Positions 10,739-19,537 of a stretch of 64,000 nt of DNA are shown here, piece after piece (position 1 is the stretch's first letter; every line of letters begins with the position of its first letter). A program made the position numbers and the translations under genes. The DNA comes from a virus (lineage: Duplodnaviria; Caudoviricetes): positions 1 through 64,000 of IMG/VR virus record IMGVR_UViG_3300028591_000117, one strand, 5' to 3'. Below the pieces are notes generated by a model. It ran no database searches. It worked only from the letters and a program-made list of their open reading frames with translations, and was not told where the DNA came from.

Positions 10739-11047
10739 TTATAAATATTTACTTGCATCTGACCATGACACCTCAATTATATCACTATCAAACTCATCTT
10801 CAGATACAAAATAACCTAAATTACCAACATGACCATAATATAACTTCATAGTATCTTTACCACTTGTCATTAAATCAGGTCTTCTTTGTATAAAATTATA
10901 TAATGCAATATTCATCTCGTCTAATGGCTTATCTAAAGCATACGATAGTGTTCCTTCTCTTTCTAGAACTATTACTTTTCCGCCAATTCCTTGATGCTCA
11001 ATATTTTCTTTTAATTTTACTATTTTTGGATTTTTATATTTTTCCAT
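10739..11047 (-). CDS. Hypothetical protein
   Basis: ORF with RBS, downstream of a class I promoter at 11065. Confidence 0.55.
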   Translation of the reverse strand: MEKYKNPKIVKLKENIEHQGIGGKVIVLEREGTLSYALDKPLDEMNIALYNFIQRRPDLMTSGKDTMKLYYGHVGNLGYFVSEDEFDSDIIEVSWSDASKYL

Positions 11048-11050
11048 ATT

Positions 11051-11503
11051 CTACATCTCCTTTTTATTATATGAATTATATTTCTCTATTATCTTCTTAC
11101 CTAGTTTTCTACCAGGTAATATATTTTTATTTGAAGTTCTTGTGTTAACTCCATTTTCTATTAAGTTCTTTTCAACTACAATAGAATAATCTCTTTTATT
11201 ATACTCTCTCATGTGTTGCTTATAATCATTATTAGATAACTTAGTATTATGATATAGCTTAAACATATCTCTATATTCATTTTGAGAGATATGATGCTTA
11301 AATGCTATATGATTACCTAGCTTACGATAAGCCATACCACAAATATGACATATCGGGTCGCCATTAGCTGCATATCTTACTTCTCCTTTTGGAGGTAACT
11401 CATATTTACCTTCAGGATGTTTCTTTAAATATAAATAACACTTCTGACAATGCTTTCCTGATGTATCATTTAACTCACCACATAGTGAACAATATTTACT
11501 CAT
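11051..11503 (-). CDS. Zinc-finger protein with Ros/MucR-like domain
   Basis: CSLC...CQKC, then ICHICGMAYRKLGNHIAFKHHISQNEYRDMF. Confidence 0.55.
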   Translation of the reverse strand: MSKYCSLCGELNDTSGKHCQKCYLYLKKHPEGKYELPPKGEVRYAANGDPICHICGMAYRKLGNHIAFKHHISQNEYRDMFKLYHNTKLSNNDYKQHMREYNKRDYSIVVEKNLIENGVNTRTSNKNILPGRKLGKKIIEKYNSYNKKEM

Positions 11504-11512
11504 ATCTACTTC

Positions 11513-11953
11513 CTACCAGTAATAATCTACTCCTACTTTAATACTTCTATTATAGTCTATAGCTTTAAGATATCCACAAGAACCTAGTATACTATCTAAT
11601 AATGAATTAAAGTCTGCTTTATAAACTTTAGATAATATATCAGCAGCTTCTTTAATACACTTATCTCCTAAGTTTCTAAAACCTTTGAGCTCTCCTGTAA
11701 GGAAGATATGCTTCAACTCACCTAAAGTATCAATATTATGTCTTCTTAAACAGTTATACAAACGAGCTGATAATTTCTCTTTATTTATCTGTTCAGTATC
11801 AGGATAGCTCTTATATTCATATTCAACAAATGCTAAATAACTTTTGTCTTTTTCTATATATGTAACTTCTTTAACTCTAAAGTCTCTTTTATAGCTATTT
11901 ACTTTTTCTTCTAAATACTCCTTAGAATGTCCTCTTAATTTAGCTATTCTCAT
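11513..11953 (-). CDS. Protein containing an RNA polymerase alpha-CTD-like domain
   Basis: LSARLYNCLRRHNIDTLGEL...LKGFRNLGDKCIKE matches the alphaCTD consensus LSVRxxNCLKRxxIxTxxDL...RNxGxKSxxE. Confidence 0.75.
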   Translation of the reverse strand: MRIAKLRGHSKEYLEEKVNSYKRDFRVKEVTYIEKDKSYLAFVEYEYKSYPDTEQINKEKLSARLYNCLRRHNIDTLGELKHIFLTGELKGFRNLGDKCIKEAADILSKVYKADFNSLLDSILGSCGYLKAIDYNRSIKVGVDYYW

Positions 11954-12678
11954 ATATAACTAACCTCCTCAATATTCTTTAAATCATGCCAGTCTACTAC
12001 TATCTCGTCTTCATTACGACAAGATAAATAAACTAATATATCCTTTTTATTACATAAAGCTTTATAAACTTTACCTTTATTATTAAACCTCTTAGCAAAC
12101 CATGTAGCTTTACTAATATCTAATGTCCAAGATAATGCTTCTTTCTTAGCTCCTTCCATTAGACCTCTATAAACTAAGAATGTTTCTGGTAGTTTTGCTA
12201 ATTTATTATTATCTTCTTTAGAATAAATTAATGATGTATCTATCTTCTTCCACATATTAATCCAATCTTTTTGAGTAACATTAACATCAGCATTAGGATA
12301 TTCCATCATAGTCCATAACATCTCAAGCATTTCTGTATAATCTTTTATATCTAAGAATTCTTTAATATACTTAAAAAATATTCCACTATATGGTTTATTA
12401 ATTAACATAAAGAAATCTATAGCTTTATCACATTTATCTATTGCTTCTATATAAAAGTCTTTTACTCTATTTAAATTAGTAGTATCTCTTATATCAAGCA
12501 TCTCAATACCAACAGGATTTTGTTCTGTCTTTTCACATTTTATTGGACAAAATGTATCTCTAATAAATGGATGATGACATATAAACTCAAACTTCTTGTC
12601 TATTTCTATAGGCATTTCAAGAAATAACTTAGCTGCATACTTAATTTTATCTATATCTGTTTTATTTTTCATCATCAA
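11950..12678 (-). CDS. Hypothetical protein, possible ADP-ribosyltransferase-like fold
   Basis: VYRG...LSWT...NEDEIVV resembles the R-S-E ART signature. Confidence 0.45.
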   Translation of the reverse strand: MMMKNKTDIDKIKYAAKLFLEMPIEIDKKFEFICHHPFIRDTFCPIKCEKTEQNPVGIEMLDIRDTTNLNRVKDFYIEAIDKCDKAIDFFMLINKPYSGIFFKYIKEFLDIKDYTEMLEMLWTMMEYPNADVNVTQKDWINMWKKIDTSLIYSKEDNNKLAKLPETFLVYRGLMEGAKKEALSWTLDISKATWFAKRFNNKGKVYKALCNKKDILVYLSCRNEDEIVVDWHDLKNIEEVSYI

Positions 12679-13003
12679 TACCTAAACGTATCTTCATTCT
12701 ATACTCATCATCTAGGTGATACTTATACCAGTTTAAAGATGCTTCATTTTGAATTCTTAAATCATACTCAATGTCTTCTTTAGTTAACTCTCTCTTCCAC
12801 TCTTTTCTCATATTTTTAAAGCATTTATCACAATAAGTATCTCCTGCTGCAAAGCATAAGTTCATATCTTCATCTAAAAATTGATTATTACATCTGTTGC
12901 ATATACAAAATCCACCCCATTTAATTACTTCTTCTGGAGTAACTTTAACATAGTTATATCCTAACTCATCTACTAATATTCTACTTTCATCAAATCTTTT
13001 CAT
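12662..13003 (-). CDS. Zinc-binding hypothetical protein
   Basis: CNRC...CDKC. Confidence 0.55.
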   Translation of the reverse strand: MKRFDESRILVDELGYNYVKVTPEEVIKWGGFCICNRCNNQFLDEDMNLCFAAGDTYCDKCFKNMRKEWKRELTKEDIEYDLRIQNEASLNWYKYHLDDEYRMKIRLGIDDEK

Positions 13004-13015
13004 AAATCTTCCTCC

Positions 13016-13261
13016 TTAAATTTCTTCAAATGTAGTTTTTAATATTTCATTAAATCTACTTACTATATAATTGTACTCTTTCTTATTAGTTAACTTAATA
13101 ATGTTTTTACCTCCTGTTTTTGTGTGTATCTTCATATAAACACTTCTCTTATTATTATGATACTCAGGTTCAATAGAACTTATCTTACTTAAGTCTATTA
13201 AATTACCTCTTATAACATAATAACCATTATCAGTTAACCTATGTCCTGCAAACTCTTCCAT
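13016..13261 (-). CDS. Hypothetical protein
   Basis: ORF with AAGGAG RBS. Confidence 0.5.
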   Translation of the reverse strand: MEEFAGHRLTDNGYYVIRGNLIDLSKISSIEPEYHNNKRSVYMKIHTKTGGKNIIKLTNKKEYNYIVSRFNEILKTTFEEI

Positions 13262-13276
13262 TAAATATTCTCCTTA

Positions 13277-13666
13277 TTATATCTTTTCAATAGCGTCACC
13301 AGTTATATTAAGTACAGCTACTTCAGAACCATCATCCCATTTAACATGTACTGAACCAATATCATCTACCATGTCAACAGTTCCTAATGTTCCTTCAGGT
13401 ACAAGATAGTATTCACTTTCCATATTAAGTAACTTTACTCTATCTCCTGGCTTATACTTATTTTTAAGTTCCATAATTTTATTATTATCTAAAACATACT
13501 TTGTTATTCTTCTTTTATCAAGAACTGTCTTTTGTTTTGGTTTTAAAATAATACATCCATTATCTACACTAAGTTCAACCCAGTCACTTTTAGTATCTAG
13601 TCCAACTTGTATACGAACTTCTTTAGGAATGGTCACACGACCTAAGCCATCAACTTTTCTGTCCAT
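13277..13666 (-). CDS. AbrB/SpoVT-type DNA-binding domain fused to DUF4314-like domain
   Basis: N-term RKVDGLGRVTIPKEVR...IILKP; C-term YKPGDRVKLLNM...GTLGTVDMVDDIGSVHVKWDDGS. Confidence 0.8.
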   Translation of the reverse strand: MDRKVDGLGRVTIPKEVRIQVGLDTKSDWVELSVDNGCIILKPKQKTVLDKRRITKYVLDNNKIMELKNKYKPGDRVKLLNMESEYYLVPEGTLGTVDMVDDIGSVHVKWDDGSEVAVLNITGDAIEKI

Positions 13667-13722
13667 ACTACATCTCTCTTATACTATTAAATCAGGTTTA
13701 CTAGAGGTCTAAACCTAGCGGT

Positions 13723-13917
13723 TTAGATTTCTTTAACTAAAGGCTTAATTCTATCATAGATAGATTTATTTAAACTATCTAATGTAGCTGCTTTCTCAAT
13801 TGCTTGTAAAGCTTCTTCTTTAGTTTTATACTCTTGAATATTTCCTAAAGCTCTATAAAAATTGTTATTTTCAATTCTTATATAGTCTTTAAGAACTTCA
13901 GAATAAATAGTAAACAT
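13723..13917 (-). CDS. Hypothetical protein (first gene after a sigmaA-type promoter at about 13946-13954)
   Basis: ORF with AAGGAG RBS; TG-x-TATAAT upstream. Confidence 0.55.
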   Translation of the reverse strand: MFTIYSEVLKDYIRIENNNFYRALGNIQEYKTKEEALQAIEKAATLDSLNKSIYDRIKPLVKEI

Positions 13918-14004
13918 TTAATAGCATCTCTCCTTTCTGTATACATTATACCATAAATTGGTAAAAATTGGAATACCTAAAATTGGTAAATTTTTCCAAT
14001 AAAT

Positions 14005-14030
14005 AAAAAGAGCTATCAAATTAGCTCTTT
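14005..14030 (-). terminator. Intrinsic terminator ending the nucleotide-cluster transcript
   Basis: AAAGAGCTA/TAGCTCTTT hairpin plus U-run. Confidence 0.7.
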
Positions 14031-14031
14031 A

Positions 14032-14208
14032 TTAATTATCTTGTTCATAGTCTACTACTTCAAAACCAACACCTAAAGCTGCACCACAAACAGGACAATA
14101 GTACTCATCATTCTCATGTCCATCTGGTAGTCTTTTTAACTTTTTAATTATAGTTGAGCACTCGTTACATCTTTCAGGTTGGTCATAAGTATCTGTTACT
14201 TCTTCCAT
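14032..14208 (-). CDS. Small zinc-ribbon protein (58 aa)
   Basis: Read by hand: CNEC...YYCPVCG; GAGGAG RBS. Confidence 0.6.
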   Translation of the reverse strand: MEEVTDTYDQPERCNECSTIIKKLKRLPDGHENDEYYCPVCGAALGVGFEVVDYEQDN

Positions 14209-14513
14209 AGTCTACGTCTCCTCTCATAATCAACTTTATAATAATTTAACACTTTATCTATTATATTTGATGTAAATGCAAATTGATGGTACTTTCTATT
14301 ATGTATATTATTACATTTAATTCTATAATAAGTTAATGGTTGCTGTCCAGAAGTCACCAGAGATACTCCAGAGAAACATTCTGTACTTTCTTGATATTTT
14401 ATATTATAATCATCTAAAAATGTCTCCATCATTGTGTATGGTTTAAATCTGAATTGAACATACTTTTTACCTATAGGAATAAGAAATATTTTTTCATTAT
14501 CATCTAATGTCAT
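14196..14513 (-). CDS. Hypothetical protein
   Basis: ORF in operon. Confidence 0.5.
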   Translation of the reverse strand: MTLDDNEKIFLIPIGKKYVQFRFKPYTMMETFLDDYNIKYQESTECFSGVSLVTSGQQPLTYYRIKCNNIHNRKYHQFAFTSNIIDKVLNYYKVDYERRRRLWKK

Positions 14514-14514
14514 A

Positions 14515-14796
14515 CTATTTTTCTATACTAGCTCTAGTATCAATTGACTCTCTAAGAGCTTTTATATCTTTCTCATTTTCCCAATTTACACTTAATGTTC
14601 TATACTTTCCTCTCTTTTTAGGAATAAATATATCTGGGTAAAAAGCTTTTAATTCACTCATTCTAGCACTAGCTTCATAACCAATAAAACAATCTTCTGA
14701 TTGAAAATCAGTTGCATACCACTCTTCAATTTCAGGATGACTTAACATGTGATTTATCATCTTATCAAATTGTTTATTATATTTAATATTAGCCAT
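14515..14796 (-). CDS. Hypothetical protein (possible winged helix)
   Basis: ORF coupled to dut; ASARMSEL helix. Confidence 0.5.
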   Translation of the reverse strand: MANIKYNKQFDKMINHMLSHPEIEEWYATDFQSEDCFIGYEASARMSELKAFYPDIFIPKKRGKYRTLSVNWENEKDIKALRESIDTRASIEK

Positions 14797-15251
14797 TACT
14801 TAACTCCTGTAGAACCGAAACCTCCATCACCACGCTCAGTATTGCAGTATTCTTCATATACTTCACCTGAAACTTCTTCAGTAGAACATAGTGACACAGG
14901 AACTACTAGACCTTGAACTATCTTATCTCCAGCTTCAATAAGTTGTATTTCAGTTCCATTATTAAATAGATGTAGATGTACATTACCTCTATAATCACTA
15001 TCAACTACACAAGCTCCAATAGTTAATTTTCTTTTAGTTGCTACTCCAGATTTTTCTTTAAATATTAGTGCATAACCTTTAGGAACTACTACTCTTACAC
15101 CAGCATCAATTAGTATATCTTGTCCTGGTTCTAGAGTTACAGCACCAAAATCTTCAGGTACAAAGAAATCTATACCTGCATCTGTATCATGTCCTCTTAC
15201 TGGACTTTTAACATTTTTAGTTTTTGTAAATATTAATTTAAAATCTTCCAT
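14796..15251 (-). CDS. dut: Trimeric dUTPase
   Basis: Motifs DAGIDF, KSG, VVDSDYRG, GDKIVQ and RGDGGFGSTG. Confidence 0.95.
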   Translation of the reverse strand: MEDFKLIFTKTKNVKSPVRGHDTDAGIDFFVPEDFGAVTLEPGQDILIDAGVRVVVPKGYALIFKEKSGVATKRKLTIGACVVDSDYRGNVHLHLFNNGTEIQLIEAGDKIVQGLVVPVSLCSTEEVSGEVYEEYCNTERGDGGFGSTGVK

Positions 15252-15285
15252 TTTATATTTCTCCTTCTAATATATTATATGAATT

Positions 15286-15717
15286 CTAGAAGTCTTCATT
15301 AATAGGATGACCTGAGTAAAGACAATCTCTTCCTTCTATATAGACTTTAAGTTCTACTTCTTCATCTTCACTATTAAGTATTCTTTCTAAATCTTCTCTT
15401 TTTATTTTAATCTTCCTTACTTGGTCTGCTTCTTTAATACAAGAAGTTCGTGTTGGAAAATCATAAGATATTAATTCATCAGAATTTAGTGTAGTATATG
15501 TAGTAGTTATAGTACTACCATCAAGTGTTATATTATCTTCTCCATCTTTAATAACTTTAAAATAGTCTGCACTAGACTCTTCTTTAGTATCTTCTCCTTC
15601 GTGTAACTTAGATTGAAACTCTTTTCTTAATTGTTCTTTAGTCATCTCTTTATTTAACTTATCTTCTAAAGTAGTATCATTAAACTCATTAATCACTTTA
15701 TCTATATCTATCATCAT
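15286..15717 (-). CDS. Hypothetical protein
   Basis: ORF overlapping the kinase stop. Confidence 0.5.
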   Translation of the reverse strand: MMIDIDKVINEFNDTTLEDKLNKEMTKEQLRKEFQSKLHEGEDTKEESSADYFKVIKDGEDNITLDGSTITTTYTTLNSDELISYDFPTRTSCIKEADQVRKIKIKREDLERILNSEDEEVELKVYIEGRDCLYSGHPINEDF

Positions 15718-16177
15718 TTAACTCCTCTAGTCTTTTAACTACTTCTTTAATAATCTTAATTGGAGTTTCATTTGATGTATTAAACATCATAAAGTGGTCT
15801 CCATATTTTTCTCCATACTTATTTACTAGATATGCAAATGCATCTCTAAAAGCTTCTTTATTAGAGCTATATACTACCTCAGCTTCCATATCTGAACGAG
15901 ACTTATTCTTCTCATGTTCTCCTGTAAGTTTACATCTTACATTCCAGTCATCTTCATCTACTTCTAATAATACAAATAGAGTATTCTCTATATATCCTTC
16001 AGTTATTTCATACTCATAATCTCTATTATATAAATTAGAATATGCTATTTGTGATAATAAACCTCTAGACTTAGGTATATACTTATTAGGAGCTACTGCA
16101 AAGATTTGATGCATTATACTGTCCTTACCTGCTTTATCTATTCCATCAAATTCTACATTAAATACTTTATACTTCAT
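15698..16177 (-). CDS. Deoxynucleoside monophosphate kinase (thymidylate kinase-like)
   Basis: P-loop VEFDGIDKAGKD; SRGLLSQIAY in place of the TMK DRxxxSxxAY motif. Confidence 0.75.
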   Translation of the reverse strand: MKYKVFNVEFDGIDKAGKDSIMHQIFAVAPNKYIPKSRGLLSQIAYSNLYNRDYEYEITEGYIENTLFVLLEVDEDDWNVRCKLTGEHEKNKSRSDMEAEVVYSSNKEAFRDAFAYLVNKYGEKYGDHFMMFNTSNETPIKIIKEVVKRLEELNDDRYR

Positions 16178-17198
16178 ATCTTCTTACCTCTACTTTCACA
16201 TCTTTATCATAGTGCATTATCTTAGTTAAGTTGCCTTCACACCATAAGTAGACTACATAGTACTTACCATCATCTCCTAGTAAGAAATCATAGTAATAAA
16301 CTTTATCATTAGGTCTTGTATAGTCTTGCTTATATTTATATCTTATGTAAACTTTATAATCTCCTAACATTTCAAATTTAGGTAATTCTAGGTCAAGTAT
16401 CTCTTCACTTTTAACTTCTCCTATATTACGACCACAAGATAGATGGTATGTAGGTTTTCCTAAAAAGGTTTTATTTATTGGAGGTATCTTATAGACCATA
16501 GGTACTATAGCTTTCTTAGTTCCTTCTATTCCAACTAAACTATCATAGTTAGGTTCATAGTTCTTTATTACATCTAAATATTCATTAGTATGTCTTATAG
16601 AACCTGCTCTTATAATTACTATATCTGAGTATTTAGCTGCAAATGATAGTAAATAAGGTAAACCAAAGTCAGCCACATTTCTCCAGCTATTATACTTACC
16701 TCCTAAAATTGCATAAGATATTATCTTAATATTATTCTCTCTACAAAAGTTAATTGTATCTATATCTAAATAATATGGATTAACTTCTACTTCATTATAT
16801 GCTGGAAACTTACCTATTACTTCTTTATACTTTATAATATCTTCTTTAGTAAAATTAGATACTCCTACTTCTTTAAAGCGAGAGTCATTATTTATCTTCT
16901 TAGCTAGCTCAGTCCAGTCTCCTCTATTAGAATGTATTAGCATTATATCTATATAGTCTCTACCTAAACATTTAAGATGGTTAGATACAAAGAACTCATA
17001 ATTAGAATAATGACAGAATGATAGCTTAGATATTATCTTATAATGTGGTATATTCTTAAATAAGTAATCATTATTATAGTCTACTGCAGTATCTATATAG
17101 TCTGCAATTGTAGAGAAAGAGTCTAACTGGTAGGCTCTTTCTAGTTCAGACATTAACTCATACTCATAAGAACCTATTGCAAAAGTTCTTTTAATCAT
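16167..17198 (-). CDS. Aldo/keto reductase family protein
   Basis: IDTAVDYNN, IISK, LGRDYIDIMLIH, VGVSNF, NEVEVNPY and IISYAILGGK (D-Y-K-H tetrad present). Confidence 0.85.
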   Translation of the reverse strand: MIKRTFAIGSYEYELMSELERAYQLDSFSTIADYIDTAVDYNNDYLFKNIPHYKIISKLSFCHYSNYEFFVSNHLKCLGRDYIDIMLIHSNRGDWTELAKKINNDSRFKEVGVSNFTKEDIIKYKEVIGKFPAYNEVEVNPYYLDIDTINFCRENNIKIISYAILGGKYNSWRNVADFGLPYLLSFAAKYSDIVIIRAGSIRHTNEYLDVIKNYEPNYDSLVGIEGTKKAIVPMVYKIPPINKTFLGKPTYHLSCGRNIGEVKSEEILDLELPKFEMLGDYKVYIRYKYKQDYTRPNDKVYYYDFLLGDDGKYYVVYLWCEGNLTKIMHYDKDVKVEVRRYEV

Positions 17199-17203
17199 AT
17201 TAG

Positions 17204-18193
17204 TTATTCACTTCTTTCTTCTTTATTTCTATAATATGAAGCTTCTTTAATTCTTTGAGCAGCTACTAATCTAAAGTCTTTATCATAAGTAGTTGGTAGT
17301 TCTTTACCTTCAGCTTCAAGCTTCATCCAGTTTTCTATCATTTCCTTTTCTCCAGGAAATAATAGCTCTGGTTGAGTTCTATATATCTTCTCTAATTCTA
17401 ACTTCCAGCTAGATGTTCTCCAATCATTGTGTGCTGGTTCTGCAAACTTATAACCTTCTGGAGTTGGAAATCTAGCAAAATCATTATTATATGTATGGTC
17501 TCTCTTATAGAATGATTTATTATCAGCCATAGCTAATAACCAATTCCATAGTTTCTTAGATAGTGGGTCTGTAACTTCTTTCTCAATTGCTTTTCTTAAC
17601 TCATTATACATTAAACGATATATGTAGTTAATTTCATCTGCAAAGTTATTTTCTGTTCTACTATTACAACTTCTTAACCAATTAGATGTTGGAGCTGTAT
17701 ATGTAAGAGATATTGTTTGAGCATGGAAGCCAAAGTATCTAGCATCCATATATGATACTCCACCTTCACACATATCTATATACAAATCTTCTATCTCTCT
17801 TTGGATTTTATTTAATCTATCCATCCACTCTTTATTATTATAAATAAACTTTGGTGTGATAAAGTCTTGAGTTAATGGTCTTACATCACCTGAAGCTGAA
17901 CAGAAGAAACCTCTTTCTCTTGTTAGTTGAGCAAGACATACTCTTGAAATACCTTCAATTTGAAATGCTACATTATGTCCTTCTAATGCATACTTAGGAA
18001 ATGTTTTACCACTAATAATCTCATCTACTATATGTTGAGCAAACTCATTATCTGGAGTATATCCTCCTTCTCCTATTCCTTCATAGAATTCTGCTAAATT
18101 ACCAAACATTACTACTTGTCTAGCTAAATCATTACCTGCAAAACTTAATAACTTTACTTTAATATCATCATATCCATTATGAAAATGTGCCAT
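17204..18193 (-). CDS. Divergent ThyX (flavin-dependent thymidylate synthase)-like protein
   Basis: FQIEGISRVCLAQLTRER, MDARYF and R...DEIN align to ThyX, but the RHRxxSxxxxSxRY signature is altered; C-terminal extension. Confidence 0.75.
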   Translation of the reverse strand: MAHFHNGYDDIKVKLLSFAGNDLARQVVMFGNLAEFYEGIGEGGYTPDNEFAQHIVDEIISGKTFPKYALEGHNVAFQIEGISRVCLAQLTRERGFFCSASGDVRPLTQDFITPKFIYNNKEWMDRLNKIQREIEDLYIDMCEGGVSYMDARYFGFHAQTISLTYTAPTSNWLRSCNSRTENNFADEINYIYRLMYNELRKAIEKEVTDPLSKKLWNWLLAMADNKSFYKRDHTYNNDFARFPTPEGYKFAEPAHNDWRTSSWKLELEKIYRTQPELLFPGEKEMIENWMKLEAEGKELPTTYDKDFRLVAAQRIKEASYYRNKEERSE

Positions 18194-18424
18194 ATATTTT
18201 ACCTCCTACTATATTATATGTTTTCTATACATTTAACTACTGTATAACCCATTATATCTATTCTATCTTTAATAATATAACTTTTATTATTTACTATAAT
18301 ATCATCATCTCTTTTAAGCATACTAGATGCTGGTACTAAACTATTAGGAAAAGTAAACTGAGTTATCGTCTCTTCTCCTTCTCTATAAATACAACAAGGC
18401 ATTTTATCAAATGCTATTATATAA

Positions 18425-18994
18425 CTATTTTCCATTATTTTCCTCCTCACTATTAATATGTAGTTTCTTTTCTAATTTATCAAATAACTTTACTATTCTT
18501 AAAGAAACTTCATTTTTAATTATTTGCATATCTTCATGTTTATTTCCATGTAATATCTCTCTATTAACATATTGTAAGACTGAGATAGCATCTCCTAGCT
18601 CTACAAGATTAAATGAAATACTTGTTCCTTGAGAGTACTCATTATATAGAACTTGTAACTCAGGCATTTCTTCTTTTATAAACTCTTTCTCAATAGTTGA
18701 TAGTATATCTCTTAGCTCTGGATGTTTTGTTTTACAGTCATGAGGTATGTCTGAAGTAAACATCTCAGGACAATCATGTACTATTGCCATAGCACAAGCT
18801 TTATATACTGTAGAACTATCTATATTATAATTAAAACCTATCTTTAATATATTATAAGCTACCATAAATGAATGTTGTGCTAGGTCTTCATTATGAATTC
18901 TATGACGATTATTATATCGTACTTGTTGAGTCATTATCATTGGAAAGATATCTCCATATAAATCTAGTACATTTAACTCTCTAAGTTTCTTCAT
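18425..18994 (-). CDS. HD-domain deoxynucleotide phosphohydrolase (YfbR/DatZ-like)
   Basis: RY...EDLAQHSF...AIVHDCPE...DIP...GD. Confidence 0.85.
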   Translation of the reverse strand: MKKLRELNVLDLYGDIFPMIMTQQVRYNNRHRIHNEDLAQHSFMVAYNILKIGFNYNIDSSTVYKACAMAIVHDCPEMFTSDIPHDCKTKHPELRDILSTIEKEFIKEEMPELQVLYNEYSQGTSISFNLVELGDAISVLQYVNREILHGNKHEDMQIIKNEVSLRIVKLFDKLEKKLHINSEEENNGK

Positions 18995-18995
18995 C

Positions 18996-19517
18996 TTACT
19001 CTACCTCATCAAAATTATTTCCTTCAAATAATTCTTCAGCTTCGTCTATTCCATGTTCTTTAATATAAAATAAAGTCTTTTCTAAATATTCTCTAGGTTC
19101 TATCTCTCTATTCTGCATTATAAATGGTAGTAAAGTAGACATCGCTAACATTAAGTTAGGACCTTTATCTGCAGGTCTAGTCTCATTAAAGTATAGTACT
19201 GGTACTTTCTTAGCATAAGCATAGCCACACTCAAACATAGTTCCTGTATCATTGCCATCTAGAACAGCTAAAACAAAGTCTGCATTATCTATATTAAATG
19301 TATTACCTTCAAATGTCTTTATCATATCTTCTTGACTACATCCAGGTTTTATTCTAGATGCTTGTCTAGGACTAAATACACTAAAATTATATTTATCTAA
19401 TATATCTTCAAGATAATTAATTCTTTCTTCTTGCTCTTCATTAAAGAATGGTCCAGCTAGATATACTTTAGTTCTTCCATCATCTGAATAATTCTTCATG
19501 TGTTCTTTAATTTCCAT
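18996..19517 (-). CDS. Nucleoside 2-deoxyribosyltransferase / nucleotide N-glycosidase family
   Basis: YLAGPFF, FSP, DTGTMFECGYAYA and NLML. Confidence 0.85.
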   Translation of the reverse strand: MEIKEHMKNYSDDGRTKVYLAGPFFNEEQEERINYLEDILDKYNFSVFSPRQASRIKPGCSQEDMIKTFEGNTFNIDNADFVLAVLDGNDTGTMFECGYAYAKKVPVLYFNETRPADKGPNLMLAMSTLLPFIMQNREIEPREYLEKTLFYIKEHGIDEAEELFEGNNFDEVE

Positions 19518-19537
19518 AAATCTTACCTCCTATTTTA

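Noticed and set aside
18425-18994. Z-genome (2-aminoadenine) pathway
   Set aside because: The HD enzyme is DatZ-like, but no PurZ or MazZ is present in the window and the neighbours point to pyrimidine chemistry.
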